Assembly (NCBI GenBank): GCA_963833575.1
Contig: CAWHXY010000007.1
Location: forward strand, 64,001 to 128,000
Direction of reading: 5' to 3'
From: Candidatus Bathyarchaeota archaeon
Lineage (GTDB): Archaea > Thermoproteota > Bathyarchaeia > Bathyarchaeales > Bathycorpusculaceae
Length of the DNA stretch: 64,000 nucleotides
Below, in pieces: positions 1 through 8,744 of this stretch. Numbering within the stretch: position 1 is the stretch's first letter; every line of letters begins with the position of its first letter. Both the position numbers and the translations under genes were made by a program. Below the pieces are notes generated by a model, which had not been told where the DNA came from, ran no database searches, and saw nothing but the letters and a program-made list of their open reading frames with translations.

Positions 1-362
1 TAAGGTGAAAAGACCTATAACTAAAGCAAGTAACTTATGGAAACAAATATTTTTAAAAGGGTTTGATTAGGCTATAGTACTGAAAATTTTTCTTTTAGGA
101 GAAAAAGAAAAAATGCAAATTTCTTTTTCACACAATACTATGTCATGTATCGTGCACTTAACTAGAGCCTAATCAGCCCCATTTTGCTACAGTATGATAA
201 TGCCTTATAACATTTTGCAAAACAGTCATCAGCCTAGATATTTCATTAATCGCATAGATTAAAACAATTAACATAAATTCAAGTTGCCAAGCACAAGGTT
301 GTTTGTCCTATTTGTGAAAAGTTTTCATAAAGATAAGTCTTAAATCTGAACAGCGTAGAATA

Positions 363-566
363 TCATTTTGGAATTTCAGTATTTTCAACCATTCTGAATA
401 TTACGCAACCTGCACCAAACAAGAGACCTAAAGCCAAAATTAAGGTATTGCCATTGTTGGGAAATATTGATGCGAAAGCAATAATTGAGAAAATGATTAT
501 CAAACCCATAATGAATGTGACTTGACCTAATCGTCCCAAAGTAAGCACCATTACCGTATTATCCAA
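363..566 (-). CDS. Small two-TM membrane protein
   Basis: 67 aa with two hydrophobic segments; fills the interval between repeat copies 1 and 2. Confidence 0.5.
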   Translation of the reverse strand: MDNTVMVLTLGRLGQVTFIMGLIIIFSIIAFASIFPNNGNTLILALGLLFGAGCVIFRMVENTEIPK

Positions 567-665
567 AGTTAATTTAAACTAGCTTTGGTAATTAAAATAG
601 TTAAGTTTTCGCGAAGATAAGTCTTAAATCTGAACAGCGTAGAAATAGAAGAAAGTGGCAATTCG

Positions 666-998
666 ATGAATCCAAGAAGTTGTCCTGAGTGCAATAAACC
701 TCTTACATGGATTCCAGAATATCAAAGATGGTATTGTAAGAAAGATAAGATTTACCCTAAACTACCTCTTTGCCCAATGTGTAAACAACCTCTCAACTGG
801 ATTCCACAATATAAAAAATGGTATTGCTACAATGATAACCAATATCCTTCACTGTCAGAAGCATGTTCAGCTTCTAAAGAAACTATTTCAAAAGAAATTA
901 TTAGAGAAGTTGTACTGATACCATGTTCTTATTGTAGTGGATTAATGCCTCAAACGTCTATATTTTGTCCAAACTGTGGAGCAAGAAGAAAAGCCTAA
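666..998 (+). CDS. Zinc-ribbon repeat protein
   Basis: Two CPxCxxPLxWIPxYxxWYC units plus a C-terminal CSYC...CPNC zinc ribbon. Confidence 0.8.
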   Translation: MNPRSCPECNKPLTWIPEYQRWYCKKDKIYPKLPLCPMCKQPLNWIPQYKKWYCYNDNQYPSLSEACSASKETISKEIIREVVLIPCSYCSGLMPQTSIFCPNCGARRKA

Positions 999-1174
999 AA
1001 ATGCAATAAGTCTTAAATCTGTATGGCATAGAATAGTGGATAGAGCAAGAAAGTGGTTTGGGAAGGGAGAGCTGGGGGAGAAGGGAGATTAGAAGAAGCC
1101 AAACCACTCACTTGTCCTTACTTCGTTTAGGTTTATTTTCGCCTTTTAAGTGTTCTTAACACGCAGCGATATAC

Positions 1175-1297
1175 ATGCGCGCGCTATTAATTGGAATAGC
1201 AATTACGGCTTTAAGTGCGCTAGCATCTTTCTTCAAAATAAACTCTGAAATCACAGCTGAAGAAGTTAACAAAGTACGCCAAAGAAGAAACCAATAA
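1175..1297 (+). CDS. Short hydrophobic ORF or 3' remnant of a membrane-protein gene (MRALLIGIAITALSALASFFK...)
   Basis: Manual translation, 40 aa; the TAA stop overlaps repeat copy 4. Confidence 0.35.
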   Translation: MRALLIGIAITALSALASFFKINSEITAEEVNKVRQRRNQ

Positions 1298-1340
1298 TTC
1301 TTAAATCTGTGTAACTTAGAAATAGATTGCAAGTGACAAA

Positions 1341-1760
1341 ATGAATCCAAGAAGTTGTCCAGAATGCAATAAACCTCTTACATGGATTCCAGAATATCAA
1401 AGATGGTATTGCAAAAAAGACAAGATGTACCCTGACCTTCCACTATGCCCATTATGTGCACAGCCTCTCCATTGGTTACCACAATACAAAAGATGGTACT
1501 GCTATGATGACACTACATATCTACCGCTTCCGCCTCACACACCTCCTTCACCCGAAAATTCAGAGTCTTTGCTTGAACCGAAGAGTTCTCCACCAGAATC
1601 ACTAGATCCTCAAACAATGGGTAAATGCATAAAGTGTGGGGCTGAGCATTGGAGTATACATGTTAATGGTTATTGCAAGGTCTGTCAATCAGAAATAGAC
1701 AAGAATGAAGCAGAGGCAAAATATTACAAAAATGAAGACCGTTTGCGAAGACGATACTAA
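1341..1760 (+). CDS. Zinc-ribbon repeat protein, paralog of 666-998 with a different C-terminus
   Basis: First 28 aa identical to 666-998; Pro/Ser linker, then CIKC...CKVC. Confidence 0.8.
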   Translation: MNPRSCPECNKPLTWIPEYQRWYCKKDKMYPDLPLCPLCAQPLHWLPQYKRWYCYDDTTYLPLPPHTPPSPENSESLLEPKSSPPESLDPQTMGKCIKCGAEHWSIHVNGYCKVCQSEIDKNEAEAKYYKNEDRLRRRY

Positions 1761-1962
1761 AATTTATTGCTGATGATAAGTCTTAAATCTGCAGAGCGAA
1801 TAGTCAAAAATATTTTTTAGTCGAAAAAAATTGGAAGTTAAATTGACCCAAATCAGAGAAAAACCAACTGTGAATGAATTGATACCCAAAATGATTTAAG
1901 CTAAGAACAACGACAAAAAAGATAGGCTTTAATTTCAAAAACAGTAGAATGGAGGTGATATT

Positions 1963-2400
1963 TTGGCAAGAGTAGAAAAATCAATTGAAATTAACGCTCC
2001 GCTGGACAGAGTTTTCTCTTTGATTAGTTGGGATAAAGTCCCTGAGTATTATGACTCGATTAAAAAGGTTGATTGGACTTCTGAGCCCAAAATGAAGGTA
2101 GGGGCAACCGTCCACGTGCTCAGCGAGATAGCTGGTGCCAAAGCAGAATGGGACGCTGAGATAACAGAATATAAAGACAACGAAAAAGTCTCGTGGCGAA
2201 CCACTAGTGGGAACATGACAATTATCTACAATGCCACTCTCGACCCTGTAAAAGCGGGAACTAAACTGACAACTTCATTTGATTATGAGTTGCCGTATTC
2301 GATTTTAGGCAAGTTGATTGATAAACTGCGAGTACATAAATCATTGGAAAAAGAAGCGGAGATGGCGCTGGAAAAAATGAAAGCGCTAGCCGAGAAATAA
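1963..2400 (+). CDS. SRPBCC / polyketide cyclase-like family protein
   Basis: SIEINAP..VF N-terminus, W..EITEY..NEKVSW motif and C-terminal helix; GGAGGTG Shine-Dalgarno. Confidence 0.85.
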   Translation: MARVEKSIEINAPLDRVFSLISWDKVPEYYDSIKKVDWTSEPKMKVGATVHVLSEIAGAKAEWDAEITEYKDNEKVSWRTTSGNMTIIYNATLDPVKAGTKLTTSFDYELPYSILGKLIDKLRVHKSLEKEAEMALEKMKALAEK

Positions 2401-2503
2401 GTCCGCATAAGGCTTTTGGGGATTGCTGCTAGAATTAAGAGTTTAAGCAAAGAACAAGAGAATAGACCATTTGCGTTTCAATTTTGAAGGGAGGTGATTG
2501 TGA

Positions 2504-2893
2504 ATGATCGGTGAATTAATAGCTGAAGTCAAAGGCAAAGCTACTGGAACGCGTGTTCTTGGTGAAGGAAAAATGGAGGGGTCGAGTACTGGATCAGGCA
2601 CCATCTTAGGAAAAGAAGCCACAGAAATGGATACGGCTGTTTTAACGTGGATGCCTAACGGAGTGATGATGGCAGAAGGGAACGCAATAATCATGACAAC
2701 GGAGGGAGAGACTGTAATGCTGAAGAGCAATGGAATAGGCTGGTCTACGGGCTTGAAACAAAGCGGTAGCGGAGCGTGTTACTTTATGACAAGTTCGCCG
2801 AAACTAGCGAGCCTCAACAAGACAGTCGGCGTTTGAGAACGCGAATCAGACGAGATGGGAAACTACACCATTAAGGTCTGGGCGTGGAAATAG
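2504..2893 (+). pseudogene. Hypothetical protein with in-frame TGA at 2834-2836
   Basis: Frame continues after the TGA as ERESDEMGNYTIKVWAWK to TAG at 2891-2893; GGAGGTGA SD upstream. Confidence 0.6.
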
Positions 2894-3123
2894 CCAGATC
2901 GAACCTCTGTGTCCTTTAATTTTTTTTATCCCTATTTTTCAAATGATTCAGTTTCCATATATCATATACATACTTGAAAGTAAATATTCTTTCCCACATC
3001 ACATAATATCGGGACAAGGCAGCGCGCTATTTTTTGGAGCGTTTGTCTTATATGGCGATAGTATATTAATTTGCAATCTGAGTAACAGAATGAAATGCGA
3101 ATAGAGAAATCAATAGGCAAATA

Positions 3124-3555
3124 TTCAGAAGGGCAAGCGAAAAAAAACTTGAAAAAAGGCATTCGCGCGCTGAACTGTGTTTTGGTTTAGTTCTGCAAGA
3201 AGGTTTTCTGGTGAACCGTATTCTCGTGCTATCCCAATAGCGTTTGAAATAGATGTGAAATCATAGAAGTTAGATAGTTTACTCATATCTTGTGAAAGTT
3301 TTGAGTTTTCGATGTAGCAATTTCCATTTTCATTCAGTTGTTGAAGGAAATACTTTGAAATTAAGCGTTCCTGTTCAAAGTTTACATTTTCCGCTCCAGT
3401 TGGGGGTAAGTTGCTGACAACAAAACCACGCGCGCCAAGAACTTCATTATCTGCACGCTAAAGTTTCCAAAACTTTTTAAGCATTGAACACATGAGCCAA
3501 ATTGAGGATGAACGACCATGCAACAGCTTAATAATTGCATCGGTGGTAGCTTCTA
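3124..3555 (-). pseudogene. Possible gene remnant of unknown family
   Basis: Long minus-strand frame with one internal TAG (~3468) and no clear start (...ISNAIGIAREYGSPENLLAELN...). Confidence 0.3.
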
Positions 3556-3678
3556 TTTATCTTTGATTTATAAAGAATTCAAAAAACACGACAATAAGTC
3601 GCTTGTCAGGGTCTACGCTAAAAAGAAAACTTGTTATTAAACAAATTAAGACAAAAATAGAGGAATTCAAAAAAATCT

Positions 3679-4821
3679 TTATGACCCTGATGATGCTGGT
3701 CTTTCCCCAAGAACAACAGCTATTGGCATTTGCGAGCTTCCTCTAACAACAGTTAATACTAAGCTGTCGTCAGGCAAAGTGTGTTCTTCTAAATAGCTTG
3801 CTAAATCATCGTTGTTTCGAATTGTTTGGTTATTTAATGCAATAACAATGTCTCCAATCTTTAATTTGCCATCCGAGGGTCCTCCACTTACAACTGTTGC
3901 AATTTTCCAACCGTAGGTAACGTTGGCGCCGGTTTGCTGGGCTATAGTGTAATCCATGTCTTGTCCTGTGACGCCTAGGTATGAGTGCCCATGGTAAGAT
4001 CCGGATGTCACTAACGACGATATTTCTCTTAAAATAGTGTTTGATGGAATAGCAAAACCTAGCCCTTGCGAATTAGAAACTATCGCAGTGGTGATGCCTA
4101 TCACGTTTCCAACTGCGTTAAGCAATGGGCCTCCTGAGTTTCCAGGATTAATCGGCGTACTTGTTTGAATAATATTGGCAATCGCAAAACCTCCAGCTGT
4201 ATCTTCTGTTATTGTTCTTCCCAATGCGCTTACCGCGCCCGTTGTCAATGAACCTACAAGTCCATACGGATTTCCAATAGCAATGACGGATTCACCCACA
4301 TTGAGGCTGGACGAGCTTACAATAGTAACTGGCTTAAATTCTGAAGCTGGTGCCTTGTTAACTGAAACAACTGCTAAATCAGAGTAAGGGTCTGTACCCA
4401 GAACAGTAGCAGCGTAACCATTTCCATCTGAGAAGGTGACACTTAAGCCGGTTGTTCCTTGCACAACATGGTAATTAGTTAAAACGACGTTTTGATTTTC
4501 AAAATTGTAAACGAAGCCTGAACCTTGTACTGTTGCAGTACTAGTGTCACCTTGTATCAAAACAACAGAGTTAAGCACTCCTTGGTAAATACTGGCAAGA
4601 GATGTGCCGTTCTGCAGTATAGTGATGTTCTGAGTAGTGGCGTTTTGGAAGCCCGTGAGGCTGGAAACTTGGCTTTGTAAATGTGAAACTTGCGTATTTA
4701 GACCATTTACATCCAAATAAGTGATATAATATATGCCTAAACCTCCAACAAGTAACCCTGCCGCAAAAAGAAGTATCAACAAGCTTGCTGAAGCTTTAAT
4801 TAAACGCTTGGATGTCATCAT
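3679..4821 (-). CDS. HtrA/DegP-like membrane-anchored serine protease with PDZ domain
   Basis: TNYHVV, DLAV and GNSGGPL catalytic motifs; N-terminal TM; C-terminal PDZ. Confidence 0.93.
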   Translation of the reverse strand: MMTSKRLIKASASLLILLFAAGLLVGGLGIYYITYLDVNGLNTQVSHLQSQVSSLTGFQNATTQNITILQNGTSLASIYQGVLNSVVLIQGDTSTATVQGSGFVYNFENQNVVLTNYHVVQGTTGLSVTFSDGNGYAATVLGTDPYSDLAVVSVNKAPASEFKPVTIVSSSSLNVGESVIAIGNPYGLVGSLTTGAVSALGRTITEDTAGGFAIANIIQTSTPINPGNSGGPLLNAVGNVIGITTAIVSNSQGLGFAIPSNTILREISSLVTSGSYHGHSYLGVTGQDMDYTIAQQTGANVTYGWKIATVVSGGPSDGKLKIGDIVIALNNQTIRNNDDLASYLEEHTLPDDSLVLTVVRGSSQMPIAVVLGERPASSGS

Positions 4822-4868
4822 AACATTGCGCCTTGAAAGAGAATTTGAACATTAGGAAATAAAAGTTG

Positions 4869-5870
4869 CTATTTCCTGCGATCTATTATTTCCATAGCTT
4901 CAGGACCTGTGCCAATCAAAACAATTGGTACTCCTGTTTTGTCTTCAACTTCAGATATGAAATCTTTTGCCTCTTTTGACAAATCGCCATATTTTCTGGC
5001 GCCTCTGCAATCTGGGAATATGCAATCTAGTTTTGTCATCGCCGCCTGTGTGGCACCATTTATCTTTGCAGTTTTCCTTGCTAGATCAAAATCAAAAGGC
5101 GCTGAACGTCGATCTCTGCCTGTTCCCGCGGCGACTTCAAACCAACCTCTTTTCTGAGCCTCTTCTTTTGTTATTTCTTCAGGTAACGGTCCTGCGCCAA
5201 CTCTTGTAATGAATGATTTGTAAACTATCAGAACATCATCTACTCTTGTTGGTCCGACTCCTGCTTCTGACGCGATGGCTGATGCGCCTGTATCTCTTCC
5301 AGTTACATATGGGTATCCGCCACCTAAGAACAGTGACAACATGAAGCCCTGTGTGCCCTCGAGAAGTACTTTTTTGCCTTGATCTAAACCGTCGTTGACT
5401 TCTTGCACTTGATCAGTAATGTAAGCTTTCAATTCAGGGATATCTTTAGCAAGTTTTGCCGTGCGTCTCACACGTTCTTCTAAAGCGGGTCCTACGCCTC
5501 GCCCTGTTGTTCCGATTCCTTTGTTGACGGCACTTGCCTTGTCTTGAGCGCAATGTTTCTCTTCAATTATAGATGCATTTTGATCTATGCCAATTCTATC
5601 CTGCACTTTAGTCAATTCAACCTCGTTGAAAAATATTTTTACATCAACATTAGCTCCAGCTGCGATAAGCAGGCGAGTTTTCGGATTTAAAAAGGCTGCT
5701 GGAACCATGTGCAGAGCATATTTTTTTCCTTCAAACCAAACAGTGTGAGCCGCGTTTACAGAGCCAGTTCTAACGCAGAAATCAAGATTATCTTTAAGAG
5801 CTAAATAAGAAATTATTTTTCCTTTGCCTTCGTCTCCCCAGAAAGCACCAACAATAACCGTGCAGGGCAT
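4869..5870 (-). CDS. purA: Adenylosuccinate synthetase (short archaeal type)
   Basis: WGDEGKGK, GTTGRGVGP, EGTQG, YPYVT and TGP motifs. Confidence 0.96.
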   Translation of the reverse strand: MPCTVIVGAFWGDEGKGKIISYLALKDNLDFCVRTGSVNAAHTVWFEGKKYALHMVPAAFLNPKTRLLIAAGANVDVKIFFNEVELTKVQDRIGIDQNASIIEEKHCAQDKASAVNKGIGTTGRGVGPALEERVRRTAKLAKDIPELKAYITDQVQEVNDGLDQGKKVLLEGTQGFMLSLFLGGGYPYVTGRDTGASAIASEAGVGPTRVDDVLIVYKSFITRVGAGPLPEEITKEEAQKRGWFEVAAGTGRDRRSAPFDFDLARKTAKINGATQAAMTKLDCIFPDCRGARKYGDLSKEAKDFISEVEDKTGVPIVLIGTGPEAMEIIDRRK

Positions 5871-5932
5871 AGTAATTCACCTTTGACAAGTCACATCAAG
5901 AATTATTTAAAGATGTAGGGATTTAGGGAGTT

Positions 5933-6118
5933 TTATGTTTTGTCACTGTGTTTTTTGTCTTCGTTTATGAGTTGGGATAGTTGGTAGGTGACATAAGCTG
6001 AGAAGCTGTGGATGCCTTTTTTTATGGCATATTCCTCTTTGACTTTGAGCCATTCCTTAAAGAAGTAATCATAGACCTCAGCCTTGACAGTGATGCTTTT
6101 GTAGCCTTTTTTGGGCGT
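5933..6118 (-). CDS. Small RHH-like DNA-binding protein with ACG at the start position (non-canonical start or pseudogene)
   Basis: Manual translation (T/M)PKKGYKSITVKAEVYDYFFKEWLKVKEEYAIKKGIHSFSAYVTYQL...; GAGGGG SD; in-frame TAA directly upstream. Confidence 0.6.
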   Translation of the reverse strand, partial: TPKKGYKSITVKAEVYDYFFKEWLKVKEEYAIKKGIHSFSAYVTYQLSQLINEDKKHSDKT

Positions 6119-6264
6119 TTATGGTTCCCCTCTTAGTCATAGTTAGCGAACGTACATTTATTTAAGGTTTCACAATATTTGGGACGACAGTTGAGGTAGG
6201 CTGAACACACACCGTTAATTATATATTATCAGAGTACTGTAAAGTACGGAAGGAGATTAGAGTT

Positions 6265-6411
6265 TTGCCAAGAAAAGGATACAAATGCTTAACCGTTACA
6301 GACAAAGTTCATCAAGACATCAAAAAAAGGGCTGGAGAAACTAACCGCACTATAAGAGAATACGTTGAATACTTGTTTGCTAAGGACAAATCACCCAAAG
6401 AAGGAAAATAG
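6265..6411 (+). CDS. Small ribbon-helix-helix protein
   Basis: TTG start, AGGAG SD; MPRKGYKCLTVTDKVHQDIKKRAGETNRTIREYVEYLFAKDKSPKEGK. Confidence 0.7.
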   Translation: MPRKGYKCLTVTDKVHQDIKKRAGETNRTIREYVEYLFAKDKSPKEGK

Positions 6412-6585
6412 TTGCCTCTTAAGGTTCTTCAATCCGACGACAAGGTTGTGGAAGTGCAATTCGTGTGCGATTCATGTGGCAAACTTGTTAGAACAAGCCT
6501 AATCGCGAGAAAAGAATTGGAAAGTCAAAAGAATGCAATAATATTTTGTTGCCAATGTAAACAATGTCAAACTGAAAGAGAATAA
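6412..6585 (+). CDS. Small Zn-finger protein
   Basis: TTG start abutting the previous stop; CDSC ... CCQCKQC; 57 aa. Confidence 0.55.
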   Translation: MPLKVLQSDDKVVEVQFVCDSCGKLVRTSLIARKELESQKNAIIFCCQCKQCQTERE

Positions 6586-6603
6586 GTTTTCTAAAATTTC
6601 AAC

Positions 6604-6984
6604 TTAGGGGCGTCTTTTTTTTGCTTCAGCATCTATAATTTTTAGAAGATTAACCACTATTTTTCCTTTATAATTTTTTTCTTTTTCAGATATGGTGTTG
6701 CGTGAATCACAGATATCATCAAAAACTATCCCTTTTTCCTCATCCAAAATTACAGGGTAAACGCGACATCCCAAAGGTCTATCAGAATAAACGCTGCACT
6801 GCTTTTTGGTTAAATCATAGAAAACACAATAACCTTCCCGATTCTTGAGCAGAGCGTAACCTTGTCTATCAAATTTTGCAAAGTAGCTTTTGACAAAGCC
6901 TTTCATTTCTAAAAGGTTAATGTCTTTTTCAGAAAGCAACATTTCAGTTTCTGTGCAACAAATGCCACAGTTTGAACAGCGCAT
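6604..6984 (-). CDS. YkgJ/UPF0153 family cysteine-cluster protein
   Basis: CxxCGxCC, CVFYD, CSVYxxRPxxCRxYP. Confidence 0.9.
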   Translation of the reverse strand: MRCSNCGICCTETEMLLSEKDINLLEMKGFVKSYFAKFDRQGYALLKNREGYCVFYDLTKKQCSVYSDRPLGCRVYPVILDEEKGIVFDDICDSRNTISEKEKNYKGKIVVNLLKIIDAEAKKRRP

Positions 6985-7027
6985 AAGCTTGTAGTGATTG
7001 GCTTGTATTTTTGTTTTTATGTTGTTT

Positions 7028-7288
7028 TTAGCTGCATTTCGGGCGGCTGATTTGCATTATGTTTCGATTTAACATTTCGGCCCAAGCGACATTTCTCAAC
7101 GGTATCCGGGTAGCTCTCCGATTTCCATAAGGAGTGTATTCGATAAGACTATTTCTTCCTGCGCCCTTACGAATACGAGTTAGTTGTACGTTTATTATTA
7201 CTGCGCCATCCTTTAAGTGGAGATTAACGTTTTTTCCAATGTATGATTTGGCGCTATTAGCGCTGAAATTCTCCATGCTTTTTACCAC
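7028..7288 (-). CDS. Small hypothetical protein (possible Sm-like beta fold)
   Basis: YIGKNVNLHLKDG pattern; plausible ORF. Confidence 0.6.
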   Translation of the reverse strand: MVKSMENFSANSAKSYIGKNVNLHLKDGAVIINVQLTRIRKGAGRNSLIEYTPYGNRRATRIPLRNVAWAEMLNRNIMQISRPKCS

Positions 7289-7553
7289 TCTTCTTCTTGG
7301 TCAGCTATTTTACTCCAGCATTGTTGGCAAATTGGTAATTTTTCGCCTTTTATCTGGATGTATAGTTTGATGTTTTCGCTTTTGCAAGCTTCTTTCCAGG
7401 GGTTTTTACATTGCTCCATTTTTTTTCCTCAGAATCGTCATTTTGTTGTTTTTGCTTTTAAAGCGAACGGGAAAACTGAACTTTCAAACAGGGGAGGGAT
7501 GAGTGAAAGTGAAAGTTTATACGCCTATTTTTTAAACTTGTTTTTGTTGATAA

Positions 7554-8003
7554 ATGTCTGCCTTTACTAATCCATTTATTCTCATTCCTACAATCAGCAT
7601 ATTTTCTCAAGCGATTGTTTTAGGGTTGCTGATTTACGGTTACTGGCTTAAGAGACGGTTGGATTTTCAGCACCATGGAAAAATCATGAGCATTGCACTA
7701 ATTTTGCACTTGATTTTTGTTTTTGCGATAATGGTTCCATCTTTTGTTCTGGCGATAATTCCGGAATATTTGCTTCAAAATATTTTTGAGCCTGTATCAA
7801 TTATTTCTTTAGTTCATGTGCCTCTTGGAATCTTGGCTTTCACATTTGGACTGTGGCTCGTTCTTGCACGGCGACTAAAAGGTGTCAAAAGCTGTGTTAA
7901 TCGAAAGAAATTCATGCTTCCAACCATAGTTGCTTGGCTTGCCTCGCTATTTCTTGGAGTCTTGCTGTATGGCATTCTCATCATGTCTATTTTGAAAGGT
8001 TAG
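7554..8003 (+). CDS. DUF420-like membrane protein
   Basis: Four TM helices with HHGKIM and His-containing helices. Confidence 0.7.
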   Translation: MSAFTNPFILIPTISIFSQAIVLGLLIYGYWLKRRLDFQHHGKIMSIALILHLIFVFAIMVPSFVLAIIPEYLLQNIFEPVSIISLVHVPLGILAFTFGLWLVLARRLKGVKSCVNRKKFMLPTIVAWLASLFLGVLLYGILIMSILKG

Positions 8004-8542
8004 AGGTTTACTATTTGCGGAGTTATCGTTTCCTTTGTTATTTTTAGCAATCCAACCGAAGGCTTGTTACGGAAAGATGCTGGATCAGTTGGGCTTCCAG
8101 GGTTAATGTAAAGGGTTTTTTCTTCCCATTTTACCTTCGAAACATGCGTGTGTCCATAAACCAAAACATTGAAACCGTTCCGTTTAGCGATTTCTTCCAT
8201 TTTTCTTAGTCCGGAAATACTGTTGACATCATGGATAACGCCTATTTTCCAGTTAAAAATTTTAAGAGAGTTGAGTTGAGGAAAGGCATTGTTTACTTCT
8301 AATCCATCCATGTTGCCGTGAACCGCTAAAACTGGAGCAGCCTGTTCTAGTTCATCTATTACTGCTAATTCCACTAAGTCGCCTGCGTGAATAATAAAAT
8401 CTGTGTTTGCAAAGACTTCAAAAACTTTTTTAGGAATACACATTGCCCTTTTAGGGACGTGGGTATCGGAGATTAAACCAATGATCTTGGCTGCTTCATA
8501 GTTTTTTGTCTGTCGACTAACTATCGTTTGCTCACTTGTCAT
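8000..8542 (-). CDS. YfcE/MJ0936-family metallophosphoesterase
   Basis: SDTH, HAGD, GNMD, GHTH and NPGS motifs; start trimmed to MTSEQ. Confidence 0.9.
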   Translation of the reverse strand: MTSEQTIVSRQTKNYEAAKIIGLISDTHVPKRAMCIPKKVFEVFANTDFIIHAGDLVELAVIDELEQAAPVLAVHGNMDGLEVNNAFPQLNSLKIFNWKIGVIHDVNSISGLRKMEEIAKRNGFNVLVYGHTHVSKVKWEEKTLYINPGSPTDPASFRNKPSVGLLKITKETITPQIVNL

Positions 8543-8744
8543 TTTATGATTGACACCAAGATAGGCACATCTTGCTTGTTTAGAAGGCATTATTACTATA
8601 AAAATTTTGTATTCTTTAGAAGAAAAAGAGTATGCCAATTTGTTGTTTCGATTGTGCTCTTAACATATTAGGAACAAGCAAAAAAGGGAAAAAACTATTG
8701 GAGCAAATCGCTCCTAGAAACTAGGAAATAACATCAGCATTTTA

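Larger units (their letters stand above)
319..1803 (+). repeat. Five dispersed direct repeats (core ATAAGTCTTAAATCTG, usually followed by N7-TAGAA) separating single small ORFs
   Basis: Copies at 330-360 and 614-644 are identical over 31 bp and share an upstream AAGTTTTC. Further copies at 1006-1036, 1294-1325 (one core mismatch) and 1775-1803. Confidence 0.9.

Noticed and set aside
666-1760. Diversity-generating retroelement template/variable pair
   Set aside because: Differences are largely synonymous and not adenine-specific; no reverse transcriptase in the window.
319-1803. CRISPR array interpretation of the repeats
   Set aside because: Intervals are 280-480 bp, variable and gene-containing; no cas genes in the window.
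2834-2836. Genome-wide TGA=Trp or selenocysteine recoding
   Set aside because: TGA ends intact genes here (alaS, tiaS, the BzdP-like gene) and Trp is encoded by TGG; the context is not a Cys-type redox motif.
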